A stretch of 36,619 nucleotides of DNA from the sequence record SRR20825006_3046; one strand, written 5' to 3'. A program made the position numbers and the translations under genes. Below, piece by piece: positions 18,084 through 28,172 of the stretch. Within the stretch, counting starts at the first letter, position 1, and every line of letters starts with the position of its first letter. The notes beneath the pieces were generated by a model. The model made no database searches and had not been told where the DNA came from. It worked only from the letters and a program-made list of their open reading frames with translations.

Positions 18084-18103
18084 AAATCCTCTCCCCGCAA
18101 CCA
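18084..18103 (+). repeat. Initiator tRNA-Met 3'-end fragment, copy 2 (att-like)
   Basis: AAATCCTCTCCCCGCAACCA corresponds to half the T-loop, the acceptor strand and CCA. Confidence 0.7.
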
Positions 18104-18108
18104 AACGA

Positions 18109-18137
18109 GCAAACCCCGCTATCCGGCGGGGTTTTGT
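18109..18137. terminator. Intrinsic terminator hairpin
   Basis: AAACCCCGCT-ATCC-GGCGGGGTTTT. Confidence 0.7.
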
Positions 18138-18268
18138 CGTTTTGGCTTCGGGGATGACGGATGTTGAACCCGCAAATAGGCCAAGCCTGTTTGCCAGGTT
18201 CTTTGCGGAGCCCGTCGGGCGGAGCTGAGCGAACAAAGTGAGCGCTAATCCTGCCAAAATCCAGGATG

Positions 18269-19720
18269 TTACTGGCAAGATTTTATGGCGAGATACGCAG
18301 AGCTGTACTTTTGATAAGCATCATCAAATGTGCTCGTCAGGCCTTTGTCCGGATCAATTGTTTCCCGGACTTCCGGGAGGCTCATGACACTATTCGCGGC
18401 CAAACCGGTGGCAGCCGTGATGCCAAGTCGTGCAGCACCGAGTGCTGCTCCAAATTCGCCGCTTTTGGGAAGTGACAATGGGACGCCAAGAGTAGTTGCG
18501 ATCAGCTGTATCCAGTATCGGGAGGCCGACCCACCGCCAATAGCGATCAAACGATCCAGTTTAGCGTTGGTTGCGGCCAATGCCTCAAAGCTGTCTCGCA
18601 AACCAAACGCAACACCTTCAAGCACGGCACGCGTAAGATCTTCGCGGCTCGTTTCGGTCGCCAGTCCTGTGAAGCTGCCACGGATCTCTGCATCATTATG
18701 TGGCGTTCTTTCCCCCGCCAGATAAGGGAGATAGCGGACAGTGCCGGGTTTTTTCAGGTTGCCATCAAGCTTTGAAGTTAGCTCTGTCGGGTTTTGACCG
18801 GTGATGCGCGCAAGCCAGTTCAGACTATCTGTTGCCGAGAGCATAACGCCCATCTGGTACCATCTTCCCGGGATGGCATGACAGAATGTATGCAACGCGG
18901 TTTCTGGTGCCGGATGATAGCCGTCGCGTGCTGATAGCAACACACCAGATGTGCCAAGCGAGACAAATCCCTGTCCTTCATTCTGCGCGCCAATGCCACA
19001 GGCCGCTGCTGCATTATCACCCGCACCACCGGCAACCGAAACCGGCCCACCAAGACCCCATTTGTCCAAAAGAGCGCGACGCAGGCGACCGGCTTCGTCC
19101 GTACCTTCGACAAGGCGGGGCATCTGATCTTGGCGCATGTTTCCGGCAGAAAGCAACGTGTTCGACCATGTCCGATTACCCACATCAAGCCATGATGTGC
19201 CCGCGCTATCCGACATGTCCGCAACATATTCCCCGGTCAGGTAATAGTTAAGATAAGCGGCGGGCAGAAGAACCTTTGCGGTTTTTGCAAAAATATCGGG
19301 TTCGTTTTCCCGCACCCATTCAAGTTTCGGGGCGGTAAATCCCGGAAAGACGATATTGCCTGAAATGGCACGAAACGGTTTTTTCGCATCAAGGTGCGCG
19401 GCCTGCGTATGAGAGCGCGTGTCATTCCACAGAATACAGGGGCGCAAGACCCGTCCGCTGTTATCCAGAAGTGTCGCTCCATGCATATGGCCGGCTACGC
19501 CAATACCCCGCAGCGCGGCAAACTGCGGATAATTATCACGCAGCTCGGCAATGGAATCTTCCAGTGCCGCAATCCAGTCCGAAGGATTTTGCTCAGACCA
19601 GCCCGGATGCGGATGGCTGGCGTGATAGCTGCGTTCCGCTGAGCCTATCGGCACACCACCGTCGTCAATCAGCAGTAGGCGGATACCGGAGGTTCCCAGA
19701 TCAATTCCAAGAAAAGTCAT
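18269..19720 (-). CDS. xylB: Xylulokinase
   Basis: GIDLGTS, GHMHG, ILWNDTR, GFTAPKL, GDNAA, PYLAGERTPH. Confidence 0.92.
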   Translation of the reverse strand: MTFLGIDLGTSGIRLLLIDDGGVPIGSAERSYHASHPHPGWSEQNPSDWIAALEDSIAELRDNYPQFAALRGIGVAGHMHGATLLDNSGRVLRPCILWNDTRSHTQAAHLDAKKPFRAISGNIVFPGFTAPKLEWVRENEPDIFAKTAKVLLPAAYLNYYLTGEYVADMSDSAGTSWLDVGNRTWSNTLLSAGNMRQDQMPRLVEGTDEAGRLRRALLDKWGLGGPVSVAGGAGDNAAAACGIGAQNEGQGFVSLGTSGVLLSARDGYHPAPETALHTFCHAIPGRWYQMGVMLSATDSLNWLARITGQNPTELTSKLDGNLKKPGTVRYLPYLAGERTPHNDAEIRGSFTGLATETSREDLTRAVLEGVAFGLRDSFEALAATNAKLDRLIAIGGGSASRYWIQLIATTLGVPLSLPKSGEFGAALGAARLGITAATGLAANSVMSLPEVRETIDPDKGLTSTFDDAYQKYSSAYLAIKSCQ

Positions 19721-19785
19721 CCCAAAGCCTTCTGTGGAAATTCAAGCTGCCATATCTTGAGCGATGGCATGCAAATGTGTTGATG

Positions 19786-20475
19786 TTACGCAGGCTTGTG
19801 CAGAATTGCATCTCCAACGTCCAGAAGGCATTCAAAGATTTCTGACGCACCGGCGGATTTAAGCAGTTGGGTTTGATGTGAGCGAATATCATGTAAATGC
19901 GTTCCACCTACAAAACCTATAGCTCTCATCCCGGCTGAGATAGCTCCTTTTACGCCATGCGGAGAGTCTTCAATAACAACACAATCTTTGGGATCGGTTG
20001 CAATGCCCTCTGCGGCAAGCAGGAATAAGTCAGGCGCGGGTTTGCCATTGGCGACCTGCTCGGCACTGTATGCGGTGCCCGGGAAATGCGCGGCAAGACC
20101 CGATATTTCAAGAGTTGCCGCCATTCGTCGCAGGGAGCTGCCGGTTGCAAGTGCCGTTTTCATCCCTGCATTGGAAAGCCGATCCAACAACATTTCCGCA
20201 TTCTCAATCTGTTGGAGGCGCGTTTGATATTCCCTGAGAAGGCGCGTTTCGACCCGGTCGATAAAATCGTCCGGGCAGGCCTGACCGAGACGTTCGGAGA
20301 CATGTCTGCAAATGTCTTGGATCGAAACCCCGAGAAACCGGTCACGGATATCATTAACCGTAATGCCATCAATTCCGAGGCGGTGCATTTCGGTTGCCAA
20401 GACCTCAAGCGACAAGGGTTCGCTGTCGACCAGACAACCGTCGAGGTCGAAAATTACTGCGGCAGGTGAATTCAT
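19786..20475 (-). CDS. HAD-family sugar/polyol phosphatase
   Basis: FDLDGCLVDSE, KPAPDLF, IEDSPHG. Confidence 0.88.
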   Translation of the reverse strand: MNSPAAVIFDLDGCLVDSEPLSLEVLATEMHRLGIDGITVNDIRDRFLGVSIQDICRHVSERLGQACPDDFIDRVETRLLREYQTRLQQIENAEMLLDRLSNAGMKTALATGSSLRRMAATLEISGLAAHFPGTAYSAEQVANGKPAPDLFLLAAEGIATDPKDCVVIEDSPHGVKGAISAGMRAIGFVGGTHLHDIRSHQTQLLKSAGASEIFECLLDVGDAILHKPA

Positions 20476-20484
20476 CGGGCTCCC

Positions 20485-21546
20485 CTATATCCGCAGTTCG
20501 GTATCGCGGTCGAACAGATGCACGTTGACCGGATCAATCACATAATGAAGTTCGGAACCGGGGCGGGCAGAGATACGCTGTTTGACCAGCGCGTCAATGA
20601 GGTCACCGTTTGATTTCGCAACGATCTGGGTTTCAGAACCTGTTGGTTCAACGACCACGACATTCATTGAAATCCCCTCATCGCCAATGTCGATATGTTC
20701 AGGACGAATGCCGTAGGTCACTGATTTTCCCGTTGGTGTTGTGGTCGGTGGTATTGGCAGGATCAGGCCGTTATCGGACTCAAAGTGCTTCGTGCCATTG
20801 TGTTCGGTTATCTTGCCATGAACGAAATTCATCGAAGGTGAGCCGATGAAGCCAGCAACAAAAACGTTTATCGGATTGTCATACAGATCCAACGGAGAAC
20901 CAATCTGCTCGACCCGGCCATCACGCATGACGACGATTTTGTCCGCCATGGTCATTGCTTCGATCTGATCATGGGTGACGTAGACAATCGTTGTGCCAAG
21001 ACGCTGATGCAGTTCCTTGATCTCAACGCGCATGGTCACGCGCAGTTTGGCATCAAGGTTTGAAAGCGGCTCGTCAAACAAGAAGACTTGCGGATCTCGC
21101 ACGATGGCGCGGCCCATGGCGACACGTTGACGCTGGCCGCCGGAAAGCTGCTTGGGATAGCGGTCAAGAAGATGGGCAAGATCGAGAATTTCGGCGGCGT
21201 CGGTAACCTTCTGCTTTATCTCGCTTTCCGGTCGTTTTGCCATCTTGAGCGGGAAGCCGATATTTTCATACACCGTTTTGTGGGGATAAAGTGCATAGCT
21301 TTGGAACACCATTGCAATATCGCGTTCTTTCGGCAGAACATCATTCACGATCCGTCCGCCAATCGAGATGGTGCCTTCGCTGATTTCCTCTAGCCCGGCA
21401 AGCATGCGCAACAGTGTTGATTTGCCACAACCAGACGGCCCCACCAGGACGACAAACTCGCCATCCTTGATGTCGACATTCACCCCGTGCATGACCTGAA
21501 TATTGGCGTAGCGCTTGATTACGTTTTCTATTTTTACGTCGGCCAT
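20485..21546 (-). CDS. Carbohydrate ABC transporter ATPase (MalK/UgpC type)
   Basis: [34 protein letters not shown]; start trimmed to MADVK with GGGAG RBS. Confidence 0.95.
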   Translation of the reverse strand: MADVKIENVIKRYANIQVMHGVNVDIKDGEFVVLVGPSGCGKSTLLRMLAGLEEISEGTISIGGRIVNDVLPKERDIAMVFQSYALYPHKTVYENIGFPLKMAKRPESEIKQKVTDAAEILDLAHLLDRYPKQLSGGQRQRVAMGRAIVRDPQVFLFDEPLSNLDAKLRVTMRVEIKELHQRLGTTIVYVTHDQIEAMTMADKIVVMRDGRVEQIGSPLDLYDNPINVFVAGFIGSPSMNFVHGKITEHNGTKHFESDNGLILPIPPTTTPTGKSVTYGIRPEHIDIGDEGISMNVVVVEPTGSETQIVAKSNGDLIDALVKQRISARPGSELHYVIDPVNVHLFDRDTELRI

Positions 21547-21557
21547 AAGGCTTCTCC

Positions 21558-22610
21558 CTATTGCGGCAATTCGATCTGCAATTTGACGTCCGCCGGTGGG
21601 GCGGATGCTGCGATCTCGAATGCGCGCACGCTGTCTTCGAATGCGAATGTTCTGGTGATCAGGGGTTTTACGTCGATTGCGCCGGAACTCAGCATGGCAA
21701 CACAACGCGGAAAGACATGGGCATAACGGAAAATATTCTCGATCCGGGCTTCCCGGATCATCGCTGCCCCTGCGTCATAGCTGATCGGATCAGGCTGACC
21801 GCCAATCATGACGACACACCCACCCGGGCAAAGGGGTTCAAAAACCCCGGCGGCAGCCTTGGGCGAGCCGGTGGCTTCAAACACGATATCGGCCCCCCAG
21901 CCATCGGTGTCGCGTTTGATCACCTCGGGGATGTTTTGGGATTTGACATCAATTGGGATGATCGCCGCACTTAGGGATGCTGCTATTTCAAGCTTTTTTT
22001 CGGCAAGGTCGGCGACATACACCCGGGCACAGCCACCGGCCAATGCCGACAATGCGGTGACCAGTCCGATGGGGCCAGCGCCGATGACCACCGCGATATC
22101 GCCCGGTTTGATCCGGGCTTTGGTGGCGGCGTGGACACCCACTGCAAGCGGTTCGACCATGGCGGCCTCGGCAAAGGATACATTGTCGGGAAGCTTGAAG
22201 GTAAAGGCTTCGGGGTGCACACAGGTCGGGCGCAAAATCCCGTGTACCGGCGGGGTTGCCCAAAAGCGTACGGCCGGATCAACATTATACATGCCAAGGC
22301 GGGTTGCCTTGCTGTTGGGGTCGGGGATGCCCGGCTCCATACAGACCCGGTCACCAACGGACAGCGTTGTGACATCGCATCCGGTTTCGATCACGGTGCC
22401 GGATGCTTCGTGCCCCAGGATCATTGGCGCAGTGACCACAAATGGACCAATCCGGCCATGGGTGTAGTAATGTACATCCGATCCGCAAATGCCGACGGTA
22501 TGCATCTTGATGCGCACGTCGCGTGGGCCAAGGACTTCTTCCTCGCGGTCAATGGCAGGAAAATCGCGCAGGGTGATGTCGTCTTTTTTTTCCAGAACCA
22601 ACGATTTCAT
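21558..22610 (-). CDS. Zn-dependent polyol dehydrogenase (xylitol dehydrogenase-like)
   Basis: [30 protein letters not shown]; start trimmed to MKSLV. Confidence 0.88.
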   Translation of the reverse strand: MKSLVLEKKDDITLRDFPAIDREEEVLGPRDVRIKMHTVGICGSDVHYYTHGRIGPFVVTAPMILGHEASGTVIETGCDVTTLSVGDRVCMEPGIPDPNSKATRLGMYNVDPAVRFWATPPVHGILRPTCVHPEAFTFKLPDNVSFAEAAMVEPLAVGVHAATKARIKPGDIAVVIGAGPIGLVTALSALAGGCARVYVADLAEKKLEIAASLSAAIIPIDVKSQNIPEVIKRDTDGWGADIVFEATGSPKAAAGVFEPLCPGGCVVMIGGQPDPISYDAGAAMIREARIENIFRYAHVFPRCVAMLSSGAIDVKPLITRTFAFEDSVRAFEIAASAPPADVKLQIELPQ

Positions 22611-22614
22611 GGCG

Positions 22615-22872
22615 TTATCCTTTCCTGACGATAAAGACAGCAAGAGCAAGGGCAATGGCATTCGAAATCCAGATGGACAGACCCATTGGCTCCACGAAGC
22701 GGAACCAGAACAGGGACAATGCCACCCAGATCACGACCGAGATAAAGCACCGGTCAAAGGCATTGGTTTCGATTGGCAGAAAGCCGTGCCGTTCTTCCGG
22801 GGCCTTGGTTTTTTCGGTGTCGTCTTCGGTCAGCGAGGCTGTATCAAGCTGTGTCGTATTGTGTCTGGTCAT
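22615..22872 (-). CDS. Small membrane protein associated with the ABC transporter (DUF2160-like)
   Basis: [16 protein letters not shown] plus two TM helices; tightly packed in the operon with an RBS. Confidence 0.65.
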   Translation of the reverse strand: MTRHNTTQLDTASLTEDDTEKTKAPEERHGFLPIETNAFDRCFISVVIWVALSLFWFRFVEPMGLSIWISNAIALALAVFIVRKG

Positions 22873-22876
22873 GGTG

Positions 22877-23713
22877 TTATCCTTTCACCGCGCCAAAGGT
22901 CAGACCGGCAACAATATGTTTTTGAACCAGTCCGAACACGATCAGGGCAGGGATCAGGGTGAAGACTGAAATCGTGGCCATGATTCCCCACTCGGTCCCG
23001 GTGGTCGTGACATATTCCGAAAGGCCGGTGGTCAGGGTACGGGCATCGAAATTGGTAAGTGTTGCTGCCAGCAGATACTCGTTCCAGGCAAACACCCAGG
23101 TCAGGATCAGGGTCACGGCAAGCCCGGGCCGACAAAGCGGAAAAACGATTTCGGTAATAACTTTCCATGGGCTTGCACCATCGACATAGGCGGCTTCATC
23201 CAGTTCACGCGGGATGGCGTCAATCGTCGGGCGCAGGGTCCAGATCGCAAACGGCAGGTTAAAGGTGCAATAGACCAGAATCATGCCAATCCGGGTATCA
23301 AGCAGCGTGAAATCGCCAACCCGGTAAACCTGCGTCATCAACAGGAAAAGCGGCAACAGGAACACCGCGGGCGGTGCCATACGGTTGGTGATCGTCCAGA
23401 AAAAGATGGATTCCTTGCCGCGGAAATTGAAACGCGATAGCGCATAGCAGGTAAAGAAACCAAGCACTGTGCACAGCACGGCATTCCCGGTCGAAATCAC
23501 CAGTGAATTGACCATGTAGCTTCGGATCAACCGATTGCCGAGAACCTCGACATAGTTCCCCCAATAGGGATTGCTAACCAGAATGTCCGGTGTGCTGAAA
23601 AGCTGAACCGCGGGTTTGACCGAAATGACAAACAGCCAATAGATCGGAAACAGGGTCAGAAGGCTGATCAATATCCAGAAAAGCGTTGTCAGTAGCGGAT
23701 TGCGCTTTTTCAT
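22877..23713 (-). CDS. Carbohydrate ABC permease (MalG-like)
   Basis: IPRELDEAAYVDGA, AWNEY, GLTFGAVKG. Confidence 0.93.
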   Translation of the reverse strand: MKKRNPLLTTLFWILISLLTLFPIYWLFVISVKPAVQLFSTPDILVSNPYWGNYVEVLGNRLIRSYMVNSLVISTGNAVLCTVLGFFTCYALSRFNFRGKESIFFWTITNRMAPPAVFLLPLFLLMTQVYRVGDFTLLDTRIGMILVYCTFNLPFAIWTLRPTIDAIPRELDEAAYVDGASPWKVITEIVFPLCRPGLAVTLILTWVFAWNEYLLAATLTNFDARTLTTGLSEYVTTTGTEWGIMATISVFTLIPALIVFGLVQKHIVAGLTFGAVKG

Positions 23714-23717
23714 CGTC

Positions 23718-24596
23718 TTATCCCTTCCGGTTCTTGCGCGGTGCGAGCATGCTGACATAGAGCAGCCAGCAAACCACGATGGTCAGATACAGCACGATCA
23801 CCGAAATGGTAGAGCCATAGCCGTAATTGGTCTTGGGGAAGACTTCCTTGAAGATATGCACGCCAAGGAAACGGGTGGACGATCCCGGACCACCCCCGGT
23901 TAGCATCCAGACTTCATCGACCGTGCGCAGGGCATCCATCAGGCGAATGAAAACGGTTGCGACCAGAGCTGGTGTGATCATCGGAAGGGTGATGTGCCAG
24001 AATGTCTGAGCTTTGTTCGCCCCGTCGATCTGGGCCTGTTCAAACGGATCGCGTGGCAGCGACACCAGTGCCGCGATCAGGGTCAGGGTGACAAGCGGCG
24101 TCCAGTGCCAGATATCCATGATGACGATGGTCAGGAAGGCAGCCGGGGCGGATGTCCCGATATTCATCGTGATCCCGAACCATTCATCCAGATAATGAGG
24201 GATGATCCCGATGGATGGTGTGGTCATCAGCTTCCAGACCGACCCGACAATGATCGGTGCCATAATCAGTGGCAGTGTATGGATCGTGCGAAAGACCGAT
24301 TTCCCGGGAAATTCCCGCATAAAGGCCTGAGCCAGCAGATAACCGATCACCAGTTCGGAGAGAACGGCAAAGATGACAAAGGCAACTGTCACGCCCAGCG
24401 AATTCAGGAATGCGCTGTCAAAGACGATGCGCCGGAAATTCTCCGCGCCGTTGAAAATCATTTCGGGGGATGCCGCAAATGGATTCCATTGATGGAACGA
24501 GACGAAAACGACATACAGGAACGGCAAAACGCCAAAGAAAAACAGGATCACCAGCGTAGGGGCCAGGAGGATCCAACCAAGCTTGTTGGATTGCAT
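23718..24596 (-). CDS. Carbohydrate ABC permease (MalF-like)
   Basis: DIWHWTP, EQAQIDGA, LTGGGPG. Confidence 0.93.
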   Translation of the reverse strand: MQSNKLGWILLAPTLVILFFFGVLPFLYVVFVSFHQWNPFAASPEMIFNGAENFRRIVFDSAFLNSLGVTVAFVIFAVLSELVIGYLLAQAFMREFPGKSVFRTIHTLPLIMAPIIVGSVWKLMTTPSIGIIPHYLDEWFGITMNIGTSAPAAFLTIVIMDIWHWTPLVTLTLIAALVSLPRDPFEQAQIDGANKAQTFWHITLPMITPALVATVFIRLMDALRTVDEVWMLTGGGPGSSTRFLGVHIFKEVFPKTNYGYGSTISVIVLYLTIVVCWLLYVSMLAPRKNRKG

Positions 24597-24663
24597 CGTC
24601 AACTCCCTGGAAAAAGATGCAGTGTGGCGGTCACGCCGCCAAAGCGGGGATCATGCCGGGATC

Positions 24664-24690
24664 TGGTCGCTGCCCATGGGGCAGCGACCA
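24664..24690 (-). promoter_or_regulatory. Intercistronic hairpin after the binding-protein gene
   Basis: 12-bp perfect stem TGGTCGCTGCCC / GGGCAGCGACCA. Confidence 0.5.
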
Positions 24691-24714
24691 TGAAAGGTAA
24701 GTTGGGAAAAGGCC

Positions 24715-26148
24715 TTACTTGCGATAGCCAAGATCGGTCAGCTCGGCCTCGGCCTTTGCTGCCATCTGATCAAGTCCCTCGTCCGGGCCAAGGTCGCCCG
24801 TCAGGATTTGATACAGGATCGGTGCAGTAGCTTCGCGAACCTGTGCATGGAACGGATATGCCGGGGCGCCGGCAAACAGATATCCCTTGTCACGCAGAAG
24901 ATCATAATAACCGCCAAGTTCTTTGTTCATGGCCTGGACTTTGGGATCGTCATAGGTCGATTTGTTGGTCACACGTGGTGCGGCAACAGCCCAGTCCGGC
25001 TGAACTTCGTCCTGACCGATATATTGCAGGAACAGCATCGCGGCTTTCTGGTTTTTTGACGTTGCTGGAATGCCAAAGGCACCTCCATCGTAATAACCGA
25101 TATAACCTTTGCCGCCTTCGACTTCCTCAAGGATGCCGTCTTCCATCGGGGGCAGGGCGACCCCCACTTTTCCAACTACAAGCGATTTGGATTCATCGGC
25201 TGCGATCCAGCCGGCGTTTTCACCATAGACCAGACCTTGGGCAACACGACCCGCACCAAATGTGGTGCCGACTTCCGTCCAGGTCGAAGCATTGCTTTCA
25301 GGCGGGGCAATGTCGCGCATGCTCAGCCACCACTTCATGGCTTCCTTGGCTTCGGGGCTATTCATCGAACCCCCATTGGCAACGGATGCGGCATAGTTGT
25401 TGTCCGCATCAATGCCCCAGTTATAGACGCCATAAGTCGGGGCAATGGTTTCAAAGAACTCGTACCAGGATGCCGGATGGCCGGTATGGGCCTGTGCGGT
25501 GGTGCCCCACAGATCCAGATCGTGATCTTCGCCCCACTTGGTGAAGAAGCGGGCGATCTCGCCATATTCTTCATGCGTGGTGGCCGGTTTCAGTTCGTGG
25601 CCGGTTTCTGCCTTGAAGGCTTCCTTGATTTCCGGATCGTTGAACAGGTCGGTACGATAGAGATAGATCTTGATGAAAGCTTCCATAGGGACGCCATACA
25701 GGTGACCGTTTTCACCACGGAAGTAATCGGCAAAGGTGGTGAAGTTGTTCTCGCTGTAAGTCGGTGCCTTAAGGGACGGATTGTCGGCCAGAAGTTTGGT
25801 CGTGTCTGTCAGGAAGTCGCGCGCCAGATAGGAATAGACAATGTCCTGTTCGATAAAGACCATGTCATAGATGCCGGTTCCAGCTTCCATGTCCTTGATG
25901 GCCTTGTCATACATCTGATCCCAGGACGTGGTCTCGATATCAACGCGGATACCGGTCAGTTCCTCGAATTGTGGCGCGAGGACTTCGCGAATGTAATTGG
26001 ATGGCGGTGTGGATTCCGTCACGCCATGCAGTGTGACATCCTGATAGGGGGCGGCTGCTTCTTTCCAGAATGCATCATCAGCATAAGCAGTGCTTGAGGC
26101 GACAGCCATGGCGAAGGCTGAGACGCCCACTTTGAGTGCAAAATTCAT
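24715..26148 (-). CDS. Carbohydrate ABC solute-binding protein
   Basis: Signal peptide ending [26 protein letters not shown] before MNFAL. Confidence 0.92.
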   Translation of the reverse strand: MNFALKVGVSAFAMAVASSTAYADDAFWKEAAAPYQDVTLHGVTESTPPSNYIREVLAPQFEELTGIRVDIETTSWDQMYDKAIKDMEAGTGIYDMVFIEQDIVYSYLARDFLTDTTKLLADNPSLKAPTYSENNFTTFADYFRGENGHLYGVPMEAFIKIYLYRTDLFNDPEIKEAFKAETGHELKPATTHEEYGEIARFFTKWGEDHDLDLWGTTAQAHTGHPASWYEFFETIAPTYGVYNWGIDADNNYAASVANGGSMNSPEAKEAMKWWLSMRDIAPPESNASTWTEVGTTFGAGRVAQGLVYGENAGWIAADESKSLVVGKVGVALPPMEDGILEEVEGGKGYIGYYDGGAFGIPATSKNQKAAMLFLQYIGQDEVQPDWAVAAPRVTNKSTYDDPKVQAMNKELGGYYDLLRDKGYLFAGAPAYPFHAQVREATAPILYQILTGDLGPDEGLDQMAAKAEAELTDLGYRK

Positions 26149-26235
26149 TGGATATTCCTCCCGTTGATTGATGGGGGATCGCATTTGGCAGTCTTGCGCT
26201 GCATTGGATTTGCGATTCCGGTCGCCGGAAGAATG

Positions 26236-26299
26236 CATATGTAATATATTTGATGCAAGTGAAAATTTTCATTTGTAATTTTTGAATTACATTTGTTAG
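26236..26299. promoter_or_regulatory. Divergent promoter region with candidate SorC-family operators
   Basis: Near-perfect palindrome TGCAAGTGAAAATTTTCATTTGTA (26254-26277) and three CATWTGT repeats (26236, 26270, 26290). Confidence 0.5.
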
Positions 26300-26358
26300 T
26301 TTGCGTGACATGACAATTGCACAGGGCCAATGTGCAGGGCGACAAGAGGAAATAATTC

Positions 26359-27315
26359 ATGCCAAGAGAACCACTTGAGGATAGCGAAGGTTTCGTGACC
26401 GAGGTCTGTTGGCGCTATTACGTGAACGGCCAGACACAGGCGGAAGTCGCGCGTGATATGGGGGTAACCCGCCTGCGTGTTAATCAGGCCATTCAGAAAG
26501 CAAAGTCGCTGGGGTTGGTGAAAATCCAGATCGAGTCGCCTTTTGTAACCCGGCTTGAAGCACAAAAACGTTTGGAACAGGCAGGTGTTGGCAAAGCGCT
26601 GGTCGTGCCGGTAGATCATAACAATTATGACTATCACGCCCCTGTTGGCGCGGCACTTGCCCACTATCTGACGGCGACCCTTAAGACAGAGCCGTGGAAA
26701 AGGATCGGAGTTTCCTGGGGGGTAACATTGCAGCGCGCGATGGAGCGTTTGCCGCTTCATTCCCTGCCGGATCTGGAAATTCTTGCCCTGATGGGCGGGA
26801 CGGCGGCCGGATCATCCTTTAATGCCTTTAGCATTGCTTCGGGCTTTGCCGAGCGGTTTGACGCCAACTATTCACATCTGGTTGCACCGATTTATCTGCC
26901 CGATGATGTCGATAAAGACGTCTTCTTAAGCCAGGAAATCTATGCATCCCATATCGAGCGGTGCCTGTCTGCTGATGCAGCCCTGCTGGTCGTGGGGGAT
27001 GTGTCCGATCTTTCATTTATGGTGAAATATGGTTTGCCAGGGGATCTGACCATGCAGGAATTGCGTGACGCGGGTGCGGTCGGGGATGTTCTGGGCCGTT
27101 TTCTTGATGCTGATGGGAACGAGATTGACCATCCGCTAAACGAGCGAACGGTCGGGGTCGACCTGAACGCGCTAGCAGATATTCCCAACAAGATCCTGAC
27201 GGCGGCCGGCAAACACAAGGTTCCAATCATTCATGCAGCGATCAAGCGCGGGTTGGTGGACACACTTGTTACAGATGATCTGACCGCAGATATTCTGCTG
27301 GAACGCATGACTTAA
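26359..27315 (+). CDS. SorC-family sugar-binding transcriptional regulator
   Basis: YYVNGQTQAEVA HTH, GVSWGVTL, GAVGDVLGRF, LVTD. Confidence 0.92.
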   Translation: MPREPLEDSEGFVTEVCWRYYVNGQTQAEVARDMGVTRLRVNQAIQKAKSLGLVKIQIESPFVTRLEAQKRLEQAGVGKALVVPVDHNNYDYHAPVGAALAHYLTATLKTEPWKRIGVSWGVTLQRAMERLPLHSLPDLEILALMGGTAAGSSFNAFSIASGFAERFDANYSHLVAPIYLPDDVDKDVFLSQEIYASHIERCLSADAALLVVGDVSDLSFMVKYGLPGDLTMQELRDAGAVGDVLGRFLDADGNEIDHPLNERTVGVDLNALADIPNKILTAAGKHKVPIIHAAIKRGLVDTLVTDDLTADILLERMT

Positions 27316-27412
27316 TCAGTAACGAGTGCATCGCAAAACGAGAAAAGCAGCGGCAAACAATAAGCCGGCCATGGTGCAAATTGCGTAATCATTATCAGGG
27401 AAACGTCGCTTC

Positions 27413-28144
27413 ATGACCGATACATTCAATGGAAAAACAGTCGTGATCACAGGGGCTGGCAAAGGCATCGGTCGTGCCTGCGCCCATCTTCTGGCTGAAC
27501 GCGGTGCCTCCGTCATCGCCATGGCCAGAACACAAGGTGATCTTGATGCGCTGAGCGCCCAGATCGGGGCGCGCGCGATTCAGGTGGATTTGTCCGACAG
27601 TAGGGCGGCACGCAATGCCATGCAGACAGCAGGGACGGCAGATTTTCTGATCAATTGTGCCGGGACCAATGTCCTTGAAAGTGTGCTTGAGATGACCGAT
27701 GCGGGGTATGAAACCGTGATGGGCATCAACCTGCGGGCGGCTTTGATTTGTGCGCAGGAATTTGCACGTGCCCGGGTGAGAGCAGGTGGTGGTGGGGCGA
27801 TTGTTAATGTTACATCCATCGCCGGGCATCGCGGGTTTGAGGAGCATATGTGCTATGCCGCCTCCAAGGCCGGACTGGAAGGCGCGACCCGCGTTATGGC
27901 GAAGGAGCTTGGACCGTACGGTATTCGGGTCAATGCCATTGCCCCCACTATTACCATGACCGAACTTGCCGCGACGACCTGGTCGGAGCCGGCCAAAGCC
28001 GATCCGATGATGGTTCGTCACCCCCAAGGGCGCTTTGCCGAGGTGGATGACGTTGCCCGTTCGATCATCATGTTGTTGAGCGACGATGCGTCCTTCGTCA
28101 GTGGGGCTGTCTTGCCTGTGGATGGCGGTTTTCTGGCTGTCTGA
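27413..28144 (+). CDS. SDR resembling L-xylulose reductase (DCXR-like)
   Basis: TGAGKGIG, ART cofactor motif (NADP-type), YAASK, ELGPYGIRVNAIAPT, LPVDGGF. Confidence 0.7.
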   Translation: MTDTFNGKTVVITGAGKGIGRACAHLLAERGASVIAMARTQGDLDALSAQIGARAIQVDLSDSRAARNAMQTAGTADFLINCAGTNVLESVLEMTDAGYETVMGINLRAALICAQEFARARVRAGGGGAIVNVTSIAGHRGFEEHMCYAASKAGLEGATRVMAKELGPYGIRVNAIAPTITMTELAATTWSEPAKADPMMVRHPQGRFAEVDDVARSIIMLLSDDASFVSGAVLPVDGGFLAV

Positions 28145-28172
28145 TCTCAATCATTTTTATCGGAGACGAATT

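Noticed and set aside
17870-18110. Intact tRNA gene or CRISPR array
   Set aside because: Only 3' fragments with no cloverleaf; two to three short repeats about 150 bp apart and no cas genes.
23994-26097. Long plus-strand ORFs (278, 233 and 286 aa)
   Set aside because: Antisense shadows of the permease and binding-protein genes.
27395-28150. 251-aa antisense ORF over the SDR
   Set aside because: Open antisense frames are common opposite SDR genes; no independent evidence.
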